From Myxococcota bacterium (GTDB lineage: Bacteria; Myxococcota_A; SURF-8; G963677705), in contig OY782497.1 in assembly GCA_963677705.1 (NCBI GenBank), positions 4,703,603 to 4,767,602 on the forward strand: 64,000 nt of DNA, read 5' to 3'. Under the pieces are notes generated by a model that saw nothing but the letters and a program-made list of their open reading frames with translations, was not told the DNA's origin and made no database searches. This document shows positions 1-10,305 of this stretch, piece by piece. The translations under genes were made by a program, and so were the position numbers. Numbering within the stretch: position 1 is the stretch's first letter; each line of letters opens with the position of its first letter.

Positions 1-1156
1 CGGCAGCCCTGGCAATCCGGTCCATCATCGCGATGGCCTGAAGTGGGTACATGCCGTTGCTGGTTTCGCCGGAGAGCATTACGCAACTGGAACCTTCTCG
101 CACGGCCTCGTGAACATCCGTCACTTCCGAGCGGCGCGGGCGCAGGCTTTGTTCCATGCTGGCCAGCATTTCCGTGGCCGTAATCACCGGACGCCCCAGC
201 AGGTTGCCTCGGCGGATGATCTCTTGTTGCAGGTAAGGGATACTTTCCGGGTCCAACTGCAAGCCCAGATCCCCACGGGCAACCATCACGCCGTCACTGC
301 ACAGCAGGATGTCGTCCAGGTTTTCAATGGCCTGGGGCGTTTCGATCTTACTGATTACCCAAGGAAGGCATTCCAGCCCCCATTGTTCAAGCTGCTCCGG
401 TTCGCGCTGTTTGAACCATTGCCACATGCGGTATTTCAGGGTGATCGCATCCTCGGCGCGTTTGACGAAGCTTTGGCAGACAGCGGTGATCGGGCTGGCA
501 ATGCCGCATTCGGGTAGCAGCAGGGCGAGGTCTTCCAGGTCTTTGCGCGTGCAACTGGGGGCTTCCATCGGAACATTGGCCGGCGTGATGCCTTTATAAC
601 TGCCGATGCTCGTCCCGCTGCGCACCTCGGTTTCCAGCACACCGCCGGGTTTCAGACCCTGACCGGTGAGTTTGAGCAGTACCTCTCCGTCGCCGAGAAG
701 AATGTCAATGTCTTTGCGGGTTTTCAGGGCTTGTTCCACTGCCTGATACAGCTTGGTGAACGGCTTGTTGTCCAAAAGGACGGACACGCCGTCCGGGTTG
801 CCTTCCACCATGTCTTGGGTGTGCAGGTTGAAACGTTGCCCTATATGGATGGGTACCGAAGACTCCGGAAACTGCCCCAGACGGATTTTCGGGCCTTGCA
901 GATCCGGCATGACGGCGAAGCTTTGCCCTTTCGGGGCGTAATTGCCCAAGGTCATTTCACGGATCATCGTTACGGTTTCATCACGGGCCTTGGTGTCTTT
1001 GATGTGGCTGAAGTTGATACGCAGCACGTTGGCACCGGCGGCCAAAAAGAGCTTGGCCTGGCTGGTTGTGCTGAACTCTTTGAGTTTGTCTGCGTTGTCA
1101 TTGGCGATGGCCCGCTTTGGTCCCAGAGTGGCGATGATGGCGCTTTTTCGTTGCAT
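1..1156 (-). CDS. pyk: Pyruvate kinase (3' end runs off the window)
   Basis: Not in the ORF track. Manual reverse translation from ATG at 1156 gives MQRKSAIIATLGP...LRINFSH...DLQGPKIR...SKIETPQAIENL...DGVMVARGDLG...ATEMLASM...PRRSEV...MLSGETS, all hallmark pyruvate kinase motifs. Confidence 0.93.
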   Translation of the reverse strand, partial: MQRKSAIIATLGPKRAIANDNADKLKEFSTTSQAKLFLAAGANVLRINFSHIKDTKARDETVTMIREMTLGNYAPKGQSFAVMPDLQGPKIRLGQFPESSVPIHIGQRFNLHTQDMVEGNPDGVSVLLDNKPFTKLYQAVEQALKTRKDIDILLGDGEVLLKLTGQGLKPGGVLETEVRSGTSIGSYKGITPANVPMEAPSCTRKDLEDLALLLPECGIASPITAVCQSFVKRAEDAITLKYRMWQWFKQREPEQLEQWGLECLPWVISKIETPQAIENLDDILLCSDGVMVARGDLGLQLDPESIPYLQQEIIRRGNLLGRPVITATEMLASMEQSLRPRRSEVTDVHEAVREGSSCVMLSGETSNGMYPLQAIAMMDRIARAA

Positions 1157-1291
1157 GATCCTCTTTTCCTCGTCTGGAGGGCTGATTCTCCGGCTCTTGG
1201 ATGCTTGGTTTCAGTGGGATAAATCGGTAAATTTCGGCTTCCTTGTACTGAATACGAAAGAAAATGTCGTGTTTGCTTTTAGTGAAATGGC

Positions 1292-3637
1292 TTATCCACG
1301 AACGAAGCGGAGGATGGCTTCATGTTGGCTTTGGCCATCCAGTCCGGCTTCCACCATGACTTGCTCTGCCTGGCCTGAACCCAGGTAGTGGCCTTTCTTG
1401 AAGGGATACAGCGAAGCCTTTCGTCCCCGGTTACTGAAAAGGAAGCGTTCCAGCGGAGCGAGGGTGAACCCGCTGATCGCCATTGCGTTTCGAGCCAGTT
1501 CTTCCGGGAAGATGGCTTCCTTTCGTTCATCGGTAAGCAGGTCAAACAACTCCAGGCTGGAAAGGTAATACACGTCCAACGAGATGGATTGATCGGTTTT
1601 CAGATCCGGCCAGACATGGCGGAGAAACTCCAGGCCGACATCACTTCCTTGCAGTAGCAGAGCATGGCGGGCCGGGGAGCTTGTTCCCACACTGCAAAGC
1701 TTGTACAATCCTTCGGTGCAGGCCGTGGCCGGAGCCAGTTCCAATGCCTCACGGTCAGGAACTTCTTCCGAAGGCCGGGTGACGAAGGGGGCAATCAGGC
1801 TAGGGTGTTTATCCAAGGCGGTACGCAATAGTGGGGCGATCTCGTTGGGTTCCAAAGGCGTCAACGTGATGGCGCTGCCTTGAGGGAAGTTATCGCACAG
1901 CAGTTGCAGTGCTTGCGGATCGGCGTGTGTCGGTCCATCTTCCCCGGTTTTAACGCCCGCGTGGCCATTGACCATGATGAAGGGATTGGCCTCAACGCCG
2001 AAGGCTTCCCTGCGGGTCTGCTGTCCGATGGCGTGCAGGCGGGCCGCCGTGTGCTGCATGGCAGCGATGAATGCGCTGTAGCTTGAGCTGACACCGATAT
2101 GGGCACCGAAGGCGCTGACACCACACTGAAAGGCTCCCATCAGGTCTTCACAGATCCCGCCCAGGCTCAGCAGGCGGGAATCCGGGTTTTGTGTGGCATG
2201 GTAGAAACCGCTGGGTAAATCGGCTGCCGCTATGGATACGGAGGTGGAACCGTAGAGGTCTGCGGCACCGATTACCAAGGCACCGTGGCTTTGTCGGTTC
2301 AGATCACGCAACACCTTACCAAGCTGTTCACGAAGAGCCACGGACGAGCCTGCCGGGCAGATGAGTTCTGCCGGGATCTCGCGGTTTGAACCCTGCGGAA
2401 CGTGATCCAGGACTTCCCGCTGTGGTGCGTTGGCTCGTGGTGTCCTTCGGGCGTTCTCCACATTTTCACGAGCCTGGTTCACTCTTTTGGCTGCCCAGGC
2501 ACAAAGGCGAGAATCCTTTCGCCAGGCATCGGCCAGAGTTTTCAGGTGGTTCCAGTAGGTTTGCTCCAGAGCTTCTGGGGAGCCGGTATCTTTCATCGAA
2601 GGAAAGCGACATTGGAAGCGTTGTTCAACCGGCTCAAGGACGTGAGTCTTGAAGGCATCCGAGCAGAACCCGTGTCCGGCTCCGTGGCTCTTTCGACCCT
2701 CAATCCCGTACTGCTTACCCTTCACGGTATGGTAGACAATCGCGGTCGGGCGGGTATCGGCGGGGTTCAAGGCGAAAGCCTGGGCGGTCAGCACCTGTTG
2801 CATGTCGTGGCCATCCGGCACATGAATCACCCGAAAGCCGTGGAGAGCGCACAAGGATTCCGGAGTCCATTGCACGTAATCGCCGGGTTTGTCGTCCTCC
2901 TTGCACACGCGGTCGGAATCGATGGATGCCTGGTTGAAATCAAGATGAAGCATCAGGTTGGAAAGGCCCATTGTGGCTGCCGCAGCGAGGGCTTCCTGGG
3001 CACGACCGGGGGTCAACCCCGCTTCACCTTCCACGACATGAACCCAAGGAGTCTTGTTTCCAAAGAGATCCCTCGCGGCAAAGGCCAGTCCGCAGGCTCC
3101 GCCGAGCCCGACACCGCTGGCTCCGGTGGTGATGGGGACGAAGGGAACGTTGCAGCCGGGATGACCATCCAAGGCTTTGCTTTGGAATTGCTTAAACAAA
3201 GGCGTGGGCTGAGTGGGATTGCGACGGAAACCGAGCAGGTCTTCCAGACGGAGCCGGGCGTGCAGATCCGCTGGTAGGGCGTCCGGGGTGTGTTGGGCGG
3301 TAAGGTCATCCCGCAGGGCCAGCATGGCGTACAGCCCCATTGCTTTGTGGCCGGCGGCGTAAACCAGCAGGTCGTTGGTTTGGGCCAGCGGTTGGGCCAG
3401 ATCGTAGAGCATGTGCTGAAACTGCAAGCCGAGGACAATCTGTGTGCAGGAGAGGCTTCCGCCGGGATGTCCGGAGGTGGGGACGAAATTGAACATCAAG
3501 CCGCAGAGGGTTCGGTAACACAGAGCGAGATCATCAAACACCGCGTGGTCTTCTTCGGTGAGATTCACGCCGCGTTGCGGCATCACATCCAATACGTTGA
3601 TGATGTCGTTCCGGTTCTGGCTTTCTTGGTGCGTCAT
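1292..3637 (-). CDS. tkt: Transketolase-family ThDP enzyme (divergent)
   Basis: Motifs SGHPGGSLS, AGHKA, LDGHP, DFNQASID, GICE, GEDGPTH. The ThDP motif reads GEA instead of GDG. Confidence 0.85.
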   Translation of the reverse strand: MTHQESQNRNDIINVLDVMPQRGVNLTEEDHAVFDDLALCYRTLCGLMFNFVPTSGHPGGSLSCTQIVLGLQFQHMLYDLAQPLAQTNDLLVYAAGHKAMGLYAMLALRDDLTAQHTPDALPADLHARLRLEDLLGFRRNPTQPTPLFKQFQSKALDGHPGCNVPFVPITTGASGVGLGGACGLAFAARDLFGNKTPWVHVVEGEAGLTPGRAQEALAAAATMGLSNLMLHLDFNQASIDSDRVCKEDDKPGDYVQWTPESLCALHGFRVIHVPDGHDMQQVLTAQAFALNPADTRPTAIVYHTVKGKQYGIEGRKSHGAGHGFCSDAFKTHVLEPVEQRFQCRFPSMKDTGSPEALEQTYWNHLKTLADAWRKDSRLCAWAAKRVNQARENVENARRTPRANAPQREVLDHVPQGSNREIPAELICPAGSSVALREQLGKVLRDLNRQSHGALVIGAADLYGSTSVSIAAADLPSGFYHATQNPDSRLLSLGGICEDLMGAFQCGVSAFGAHIGVSSSYSAFIAAMQHTAARLHAIGQQTRREAFGVEANPFIMVNGHAGVKTGEDGPTHADPQALQLLCDNFPQGSAITLTPLEPNEIAPLLRTALDKHPSLIAPFVTRPSEEVPDREALELAPATACTEGLYKLCSVGTSSPARHALLLQGSDVGLEFLRHVWPDLKTDQSISLDVYYLSSLELFDLLTDERKEAIFPEELARNAMAISGFTLAPLERFLFSNRGRKASLYPFKKGHYLGSGQAEQVMVEAGLDGQSQHEAILRFVRG

Positions 3638-3688
3638 GACGACTCCTTGGGATGGGTACGAATGACCCGCCTGCTTGGATTAGGTGAC

Positions 3689-3718
3689 TTGTCGTTGCAT
3701 CTTCCTTTCTGGTATAAA
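3689..3718 (+). promoter_or_regulatory. Candidate sigma70 promoter for the methyltransferase pair
   Basis: TTGTCG-N18-TATAAA with a TGn extended -10, about 100 nt upstream of the ATG at 3816. Confidence 0.5.
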
Positions 3719-3815
3719 GCCTGCTCCAAGCGCTGTCTAGGAATTTCGCTTGACCCGATGCAGGCTTGGTCGTAAGACATGGGCGAACCCTTCGCCGTAA
3801 AGGAAAGTAAGGACG

Positions 3816-4661
3816 ATGGATTATCAGTTGTTAGATGCCGGAGACGGTCGGAAATTGGAACGGGTAGGGCCGTATACTCTGATTCGCCCCTGTACCGAAG
3901 CGCTATGGAAACCGCGGCTAAAGCCCGAACGCTGGGCCGATGCCGATGCCGAATTTCGCCGTGAAGGAAAGAAAAGCGGTTGGGTGGCCAGAACAAAACT
4001 ACCGGAGCAATGGCCTCTTCGTTTTGGAGAGTTGACCATGCTGATCCGTCCAACGGATTTCGGCCATTTGGGTTTGTTCCCTGAACAGCTTGCCAGTTGG
4101 GATTGGATCACCGAGCGCTTGCGAAAGACCCGCCGGGAGTGTTCGGTGTTGAGCCTGTTTGCCTATACCGGTGCGGGAACCCTCGCCTGTGCCAAGGCGG
4201 GAGCCAGACTCTGCCATGTGGATGCCAGTAAAGGCATTGTGGAATGGGCCAGGGAAAACGCCCGTGAGAGTGGTTTGGAGAATGCACCGATTCGCTGGAT
4301 TGTGGACGACGTGAAAAAGTTCCTGCGCCGTGAGGTCAAGCGGGGACATCGTTATGATGGTATCATTCTCGACCCGCCGACCTTCGGTCGCGGCAGCAAG
4401 GGCGAGGTGTGGAAGATCGAACGGGACTTGGTTCCACTGCTGGAGTTGTGCCTCGAGGTATTGAGCGAACGTCCCCTGTTTGTGGCGATGCACGGCTATA
4501 CCCTGGGGATGAGTACTCAGACCTATCGCAACCTGATGGAAGATGCCTTGGAAGGCTTGCCGGGGAGCATCCATCACGGCGAGTTGACCAGCATTCCCGA
4601 ACACGGCTTGCGGCCTTTGCCCCATTGCGCGGTGGTTCGGTACGACGGCTTGAAGGAGTGA
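3816..4661 (+). CDS. Class I SAM-dependent RNA methyltransferase (RlmI/RlmK C-terminal-like)
   Basis: GHLGLFPEQ, VLSLFAYTGAGT, VDASK and ILDPPTFGRG motifs. Confidence 0.85.
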   Translation: MDYQLLDAGDGRKLERVGPYTLIRPCTEALWKPRLKPERWADADAEFRREGKKSGWVARTKLPEQWPLRFGELTMLIRPTDFGHLGLFPEQLASWDWITERLRKTRRECSVLSLFAYTGAGTLACAKAGARLCHVDASKGIVEWARENARESGLENAPIRWIVDDVKKFLRREVKRGHRYDGIILDPPTFGRGSKGEVWKIERDLVPLLELCLEVLSERPLFVAMHGYTLGMSTQTYRNLMEDALEGLPGSIHHGELTSIPEHGLRPLPHCAVVRYDGLKE

Positions 4662-4664
4662 CCC

Positions 4665-5489
4665 ATGCCTATTGACGGTTTGTATGCCGAGCAGATCACC
4701 AGCCTTGCGAACCAGCAGGTAAAAGATGCGGTCAAGCTTCGTGACCGGCGTCAGCGTAAAAAACGCAACCAACTCCTGGTGGAAGGCTACCGGGAAAGCT
4801 ACCGCGCTTTGCATTTCGGGAAGGTGACACCGGAGAACTTCTTTTTCTGCCCGGAGCTTTTTTTAGGCGAAAACGAAGGGGAACTGTTGGGACTGGCCCA
4901 GGAACGCGGAGCGCGACTTCTGGAAACCAACAAAGCAGTGTTCCAAAAACTGAGTTACAGAGATCGCCCCGACGGATTGCTGATGGTTGCTCCGGCCTTG
5001 GAGCGTCGTTTAGACAGTCTGGACCTGTCGGACCATCCGATGGTGATTATTGCCGAGCAGATTGAAAAGCCGGGAAACCTGGGCACCATTCTTCGTACCG
5101 CCGATGCCGCCGGGGCTCATGCGGTGGTGGTCTGTGATGGCGTGACGGACATCAACAACCCCAATGTGGTCCGAGCCAGCACCGGGACGCTGTTCACGGT
5201 TCCGGTTGCCGAAGCCAGCCTTTCCGAAACGCTTTCCTGGTGCGAAGAACACAAGCTGGCCCTGGTGGCGGCAACGCCCCATGTGGAAACGGAGTATACC
5301 TCGGTGGATTATCGCCAAGGGGTAGCGCTGGTTCTGGGAGCCGAGCAATACGGCTTGAGTGAAACGATGCTCAAGGCAGCGCGGTATCCGGTGCGGATTC
5401 CGATGAATGGGTTTGCGGATTCGCTCAATGTGGCTCAGGCGGCGACGATTCTTCTTTTTGAAGCCGTGCGCCAACGTCGTAAGGTCTAA
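4665..5489 (+). CDS. TrmH/SpoU family RNA 2'-O-methyltransferase
   Basis: EKPGNLGTILRTADAAG, LGAEQYGLS and IPMNGFADSLNVA SPOUT motifs. Confidence 0.92.
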   Translation: MPIDGLYAEQITSLANQQVKDAVKLRDRRQRKKRNQLLVEGYRESYRALHFGKVTPENFFFCPELFLGENEGELLGLAQERGARLLETNKAVFQKLSYRDRPDGLLMVAPALERRLDSLDLSDHPMVIIAEQIEKPGNLGTILRTADAAGAHAVVVCDGVTDINNPNVVRASTGTLFTVPVAEASLSETLSWCEEHKLALVAATPHVETEYTSVDYRQGVALVLGAEQYGLSETMLKAARYPVRIPMNGFADSLNVAQAATILLFEAVRQRRKV

Positions 5490-5555
5490 CCCGGCGGTTC
5501 ATTCTGAACCAAGCCCGCATAAAACAGACTGGAAGGCCAGGGTTCTCCTGGATAC

Positions 5556-5583
5556 AAAAACGCCCCGGAAACACCGGGGCGTT
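5556..5583. terminator. Intrinsic terminator between convergent genes
   Basis: AACGCCCCGG-AAACA-CCGGGGCGTT hairpin. The A-tract on the left gives a U-tract on the minus strand (pepD). Confidence 0.75.
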
Positions 5584-5610
5584 GAGAATTAATGGTTTGC
5601 CGTTTTGTGC

Positions 5611-7104
5611 TTAAGCCGGAAGCTTCCCTCTGGCAATTGCGCTCAGGAGGGCGGAGAGTAGCGCCCAGAAATTCTGAACGCTTTCAATGTGTACTCGTTC
5701 GTCCGGGCTATGGGGAAAATCAATCTCCGGGCCGAAACTGAGCATGTCCATACCGGGAAAGCGTTCACCGATCAGGCCGCATTCCAGTCCGGCGTGAATG
5801 GCGGTGATCTTCGGATCGTTGCCCGTGCGTTCTTTGTGCAACTGGCGCGCCAGGGTCAACACGGGGCTTTCCATGTTGGGTTGCCAGCCGGGGTAGCCAT
5901 CACCGGTGGCGGCTTTGGCTCCGGCCAGTCTGGTCACGGCGGCGTTCTGTTTGAGCAGCAGTTCCATTGCTTCCGCATTGCTGGAGCGCGTACTGTTCAG
6001 AACGAACAGATGGTCTTGCTTGGTCTGGGCCAAGGCAAGGCTGTTGCTGGTTTCCACCAGGCCGGGGATGTCCTGGCTCATCGCGAAGATCCCGTTATAG
6101 AAGGCGAGAATCGCTGCCAGATTGGTGTTGACATCATCCTCAGACCAAACCTGCTTCGGAGCCTCCTCTGGGGTTTCGATGTTCAGAGTGAAATCTTCCT
6201 CATGGGGGAAGGCGTCGGCCAGCTTGGAGTGAATCTCCATCGCCAGATCATCCAACTCCTGCTGGTGGTCGGGATGAACCAACAAGATGGCGTTGCCCTC
6301 GCGGGGGATGGCGTTGTGGGCGCTTCCAGCGTTGAAGCTGGCAAGCCACAGGCCGCCGTTCCAGTTGTCTTTCTTCGCCTGATCGAAAAGGCGGGTCAGC
6401 AGTTCAGCCAGAAGTTTCAGAGCATTGCCGTGGTTAAGGTGAATATCGCAGCCGGAGTGACCGCCCTTCAACCCTTTCAGCGATACATGCAGCGGAACCA
6501 GCCCTTGGGGCGCGTCCTGCCAATGCAGGGGGAATTCGCTGGAAAGATGAGTTCCGCCAGCGCAGCCGACATAGAGCATTCCGTCTTCTTCGCTGTCCAG
6601 GTTGAGCATGATCCGCCCGGTCAACAGAGCCGGGTCCAGACCCATCGCGCCGGTGAGGCCGGTTTCTTCGTCCACTGTGAACAGCAGTTCCAGCGGGCCG
6701 TGTTCCACATCCGGGCTTTCCAGCATGGCCAACTCCGCCGCCACGCCGATGCCGTTGTCTGCACCCAGGGTCGTGCCGTCGGCGGTAAGCCATTCGCCGT
6801 CGATCATCGGGCGGATGCCGTCTTTGGAGAAGTCAAAGACGGTGTCGGAGTTCTTTTCACAGACCATGTCGATGTGGCTTTGTAGAATCACCGTCGGAGC
6901 GGTTTCAAAGCCGGGCGTCGCCGGAACGGCCAACACCAGGTTCCCCGTGCTGTCTTCCCGCACTTCGGCACCCAGGCGCGTACCGGTTTCACGAATGAAC
7001 TCACGGATTTCAGCTTCGTTTTTAGAGCAGTGAGGGATGGCGCAGATTTGCTCGAAATATTGCCAGAGTTTTTGAGGTTTCAGCCCTTCGGTGACGTTTG
7101 TCAT
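5611..7104 (-). CDS. pepD: Aminoacyl-histidine dipeptidase (M20C)
   Basis: QSHIDMV, GTTLGADNGIG, FTVDEETGL, GGHSG, IHAGLECG, HSPDE motifs. Start set to MTNVTEG at 7104. Confidence 0.93.
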   Translation of the reverse strand: MTNVTEGLKPQKLWQYFEQICAIPHCSKNEAEIREFIRETGTRLGAEVREDSTGNLVLAVPATPGFETAPTVILQSHIDMVCEKNSDTVFDFSKDGIRPMIDGEWLTADGTTLGADNGIGVAAELAMLESPDVEHGPLELLFTVDEETGLTGAMGLDPALLTGRIMLNLDSEEDGMLYVGCAGGTHLSSEFPLHWQDAPQGLVPLHVSLKGLKGGHSGCDIHLNHGNALKLLAELLTRLFDQAKKDNWNGGLWLASFNAGSAHNAIPREGNAILLVHPDHQQELDDLAMEIHSKLADAFPHEEDFTLNIETPEEAPKQVWSEDDVNTNLAAILAFYNGIFAMSQDIPGLVETSNSLALAQTKQDHLFVLNSTRSSNAEAMELLLKQNAAVTRLAGAKAATGDGYPGWQPNMESPVLTLARQLHKERTGNDPKITAIHAGLECGLIGERFPGMDMLSFGPEIDFPHSPDERVHIESVQNFWALLSALLSAIARGKLPA

Positions 7105-7208
7105 GGTAACCTTCCTTGTTTGAAATGATCCGCGTTTTTTCCGAGGTGGATCATAACGCAACGACGAACGCTGTCAATGGGAAGAGTGACCGGAACCGGG
7201 CTTTTTCA

Positions 7209-7715
7209 TCAGATGGAGATTTTACGGAGAACCCGTTGCAGGCGCTCCTTCACGGATAGGTCTCCTTCAAGGGTCAGGATGGTGCAGGATCGTGCCGCAA
7301 GCCAGCGTTTATGCTTGGCCAGACTACGGCCTTCAGACGCAGGATGATCGTAGCCGGAGGCCCAGTCAATGGACTCCTGATTGATGAATCCGTAGCGTTG
7401 CATTTCACGGACCTTGAGCCGGGTGATGCGGATCGTGGTGTCAAGATAGAGAAAGACAATGCAATCGAAGGCATCTTCAATATCCGCCCCCCAATCCATG
7501 ACCGAGCCGGATACCACCAGGTTCTCATGGTTTACAAGAGCTTGCCTCATTTGTTGACACCGCTGGTTGCGCTCTCGCCTTGTGGTAAACGGAGGATCGG
7601 TCGGTAGCCAGAAAAGGTCGTCCGTGTCCACAAACGTCCAGTTGAGTGTAGAGGCCAGGGCTTGTCCGAGTGTTGTGGTTCCCGACCCCGATGCGCCTGT
7701 GATGAGCAGGTTCAT
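7209..7715 (-). CDS. P-loop nucleotide kinase-like protein (adenylate kinase/AAA_17-like)
   Basis: ITGASGSGTTTLG, DTDDLFW and VVSGS motifs, 168 aa. Confidence 0.75.
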   Translation of the reverse strand: MNLLITGASGSGTTTLGQALASTLNWTFVDTDDLFWLPTDPPFTTRRERNQRCQQMRQALVNHENLVVSGSVMDWGADIEDAFDCIVFLYLDTTIRITRLKVREMQRYGFINQESIDWASGYDHPASEGRSLAKHKRWLAARSCTILTLEGDLSVKERLQRVLRKISI

Positions 7716-7772
7716 GCTTGCCTTCTATCCACCTTGCTTGTGGGTTCGATCCTCGGTCTTCGTGAATGAAAC

Positions 7773-9194
7773 TCAGGAGGGTTGGCCGACTCGCTGGAGA
7801 AAGGTCTGAGCGTGGCCGCTTTGAGGTGTCTGCGGGTAGTGTTGCACCAGGTGTTGACAAATCTGGGCGGCAACGTCCGGCTTTCCCAGGTCTCGGAAGA
7901 GTAGCACGGCGCAGTCTAAAAGAGCCTGCGGGGTTTCCGGGTGGTTGGGATGTTGCTGGGCCTGAACACGGAGCAGGCGAGCCTCCAAGAGTTTGTCTTG
8001 GCTTTGCTGGGCCTGCTGACGCAGAGCGCTGAAATCCTGAACTTCCAACGGGGGAACTGCCTGTTTCTCAAGCAGGGAATTGAAGAAATCAGCAGCCTGT
8101 TTGACGGCGCCGTTTTCCACGGAAACCTGAATTACCAGACGGGCAACGCCGGGAATCTCTTCGGCTTTGTTTTGGGCTACGACCGCTTGATACAAGCCCT
8201 TGGCGGCTTGCAGGTTGATTGGGCTTTGGGAAAGCTTCTCGCGATAAAGCTGCTCGGCGCGTTCCGGTTGGTCTTTTTCCATCGCCTTTTGAGCATCGGT
8301 AAGAAGATCCGTCGGTTTGTAGGTCGCCTGGGTGACACGGACCCGGCTGATACGTTCAATCTCTAGGCTTTGGTTGTTGAAGTACGCAAAGCGTCCGATC
8401 AGGCGTGCCGTCCAGAAAGTTCCGGCAGCGATGAGAAACAGAACGGGAAGCTTGAGCAATGCTCCCAGACCGTAGGGGAAAAAGAGGGATGTCAGAAACA
8501 GGAGCAGCAAAGGTACGCCCAGACCGAACAGGCTGAAAAACCACAGGCCCAGCCAATCTTCCATTTCAATGGCGCGAAAGCGCTGCTTTTGTCCTTGCAT
8601 GGAAAAGGCGGAGAGCCAGCCGCCCCCGGTGGCGTAAGCCAACCAGACGAAGGGCATGACCGCCAGAAAAACGAGAAACAGAAAGGAAGACCAGAGAGTC
8701 TGGCCGATAACGGATTCCTGCCAAAGGGTGTAATTTCCCACCTCGACAAGAACAGGGAAAAAGATGAGGGGATTGACAAGCAAAGAAAAGCCGTCACGGA
8801 TACCGGGTCGCTTCCAGATGTCTGTATCGGGTAGGCCGTGGGCGGTATAACGAAACAGGCGGGTACCCAAAAGGAGCAAGGCAAACCAGCCCGCCAGACG
8901 AACGAAAATCAAGGCCTGGTCAGGGACCAAGGCAAACCCGGCGTACCACAGGCCGGTGATAATGCCTAGCAGCACGAGGGGTTTCATGTCTAACAGATAG
9001 AAATAGGCCTGTTGAACGTGGGCGGACCAGGGCATGACCTGGTTGGGTTCCTTCGGAATATTCAACGCGCCACGGCAGTAAGGGCAGAGCGGACCATTGG
9101 CTTCAGACAAGGCTCGTTTGGGGGAAACCTTGGCATGGCACTGGGGACAGTCAAAGACGATACGCTGGCTGCTACGGCTCAGGTCGGGACTCAT
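7773..9194 (-). CDS. Membrane protein with N-terminal zinc ribbon, multiple TM helices and C-terminal TPR-like repeats
   Basis: CPQC...CPYC, about 6-7 hydrophobic segments, Ala/Gln/Leu-rich helical C-terminus (PQALLDCAVLLFRDLGKPDVA). Confidence 0.7.
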   Translation of the reverse strand: MSPDLSRSSQRIVFDCPQCHAKVSPKRALSEANGPLCPYCRGALNIPKEPNQVMPWSAHVQQAYFYLLDMKPLVLLGIITGLWYAGFALVPDQALIFVRLAGWFALLLLGTRLFRYTAHGLPDTDIWKRPGIRDGFSLLVNPLIFFPVLVEVGNYTLWQESVIGQTLWSSFLFLVFLAVMPFVWLAYATGGGWLSAFSMQGQKQRFRAIEMEDWLGLWFFSLFGLGVPLLLLFLTSLFFPYGLGALLKLPVLFLIAAGTFWTARLIGRFAYFNNQSLEIERISRVRVTQATYKPTDLLTDAQKAMEKDQPERAEQLYREKLSQSPINLQAAKGLYQAVVAQNKAEEIPGVARLVIQVSVENGAVKQAADFFNSLLEKQAVPPLEVQDFSALRQQAQQSQDKLLEARLLRVQAQQHPNHPETPQALLDCAVLLFRDLGKPDVAAQICQHLVQHYPQTPQSGHAQTFLQRVGQPS

Positions 9195-9209
9195 GGGCTG
9201 GGCCTTTGC

Positions 9210-9995
9210 TTACTTTTTTAGGATCGGTTTCAAAATCACTTTGCCGTTGTTTTCTTCTACGCGGAACTCCACGTCTCGTGCGTTGTATTTCTGCTTGAGG
9301 GCTTCACGCTGACTTTCCAGCTTTCCCCGCAGCTTGGTTCGGTTGATACCTGCCGTGACATCGCCTAGCGAACGCTTCTTGTCCAGGTAACTCATGATGG
9401 TCTGGTCAATGGGATCGTAGGCCGGACCTGCGTTGCTTGAAGCGGCTTGAGGCTGGCGACCCAAGGGGACGATACCCGGTGAGGAAGGTTGATTCTCCGC
9501 CGCGACAGCGGAAACCGAAGAAACCGCAGAAACCGAAGGTCCGCTTGGGGAGGATGTGTTCATTGAGGACACCGCGCTTGTCGGAGTGGTTTCAGGAGCG
9601 GCTTCAGCGGCCTGAGCCTCGTTGGGTGCTTCGCTGGTTTGCGGATCTTTGCTGTAAAACGATTTCTTTTCTTCACCTTTTTTCAGGTTGGCGTGGAAAA
9701 TATCCCGTTTGTAGGTTCCGTTTTCAATCTGACGGATGATGCGTTCCCAGTAGTTGTTCAACGTGACGAAGCGCCCGATGGTGGATTGATAACGAAAGCG
9801 GATGCTAGCGTTTTTGATGTGCATCGCGTTCAGACGGCTGATCATGCCTCGGATACGGATGCGTTTGTCCGATGGGTTGATGTTCTCAATGCCGGCAAAG
9901 TAGACCTCGAAGCGGTGTCGCAGATCCTCAATGGCTTCTTCCAGCTCCTTCAATTCCCGCTCGCCAATGCTGTTTCGCGGATCGCTTTTTAGCAT
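9210..9995 (-). CDS. Hypothetical protein resembling the MXAN_5187 C-terminal domain family
   Basis: N-terminal FEVYFAGIE...RFRYQS...YWERIIRQIENG and C-terminal LKQKY...VEFRVEENNGKVILKP, joined by a Ser/Ala/Pro linker. Family recalled from memory. Confidence 0.65.
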   Translation of the reverse strand: MLKSDPRNSIGERELKELEEAIEDLRHRFEVYFAGIENINPSDKRIRIRGMISRLNAMHIKNASIRFRYQSTIGRFVTLNNYWERIIRQIENGTYKRDIFHANLKKGEEKKSFYSKDPQTSEAPNEAQAAEAAPETTPTSAVSSMNTSSPSGPSVSAVSSVSAVAAENQPSSPGIVPLGRQPQAASSNAGPAYDPIDQTIMSYLDKKRSLGDVTAGINRTKLRGKLESQREALKQKYNARDVEFRVEENNGKVILKPILKK

Positions 9996-10305
9996 GAACC
10001 ACTTCCTTTGCTAAGCATCACAATTGTTTTGAGGAATCATACGCGACATGATAACACCTGATCTTCCCCATTCCTCACCGCCTGCATTCTACCGGATTCA
10101 TCTTCGTTTTACCAGTTTGAAATTGGCAGGGCCGGTTGCTTGTTTGCATCGGAATGTGTCCTGTGTGATCCGGAGAGAAGCAGATCCGTGCGCTTTCCAT
10201 GTGAATTGCTTGCATTCCTTGTTGGGGGGCTTATAGTTTCCTTGAAACGAAGGGGAAATCCGACTCTTCGATGCCTGGGACTGTCAACCTGAATGAGGTA
10301 TTGAT

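Noticed and set aside
7209-7715. Walker A reading GSGTTT instead of GSGKT as a sign of inactivation
   Set aside because: From memory this Thr variant is typical of this kinase-like family, and the ORF is otherwise intact.
9511-9537. 9-bp tandem repeat GAAACCG(A/C)A x3
   Set aside because: It encodes a Ser/Val/Ala low-complexity linker in frame. It has no spacers, so it is not CRISPR or a contingency locus.
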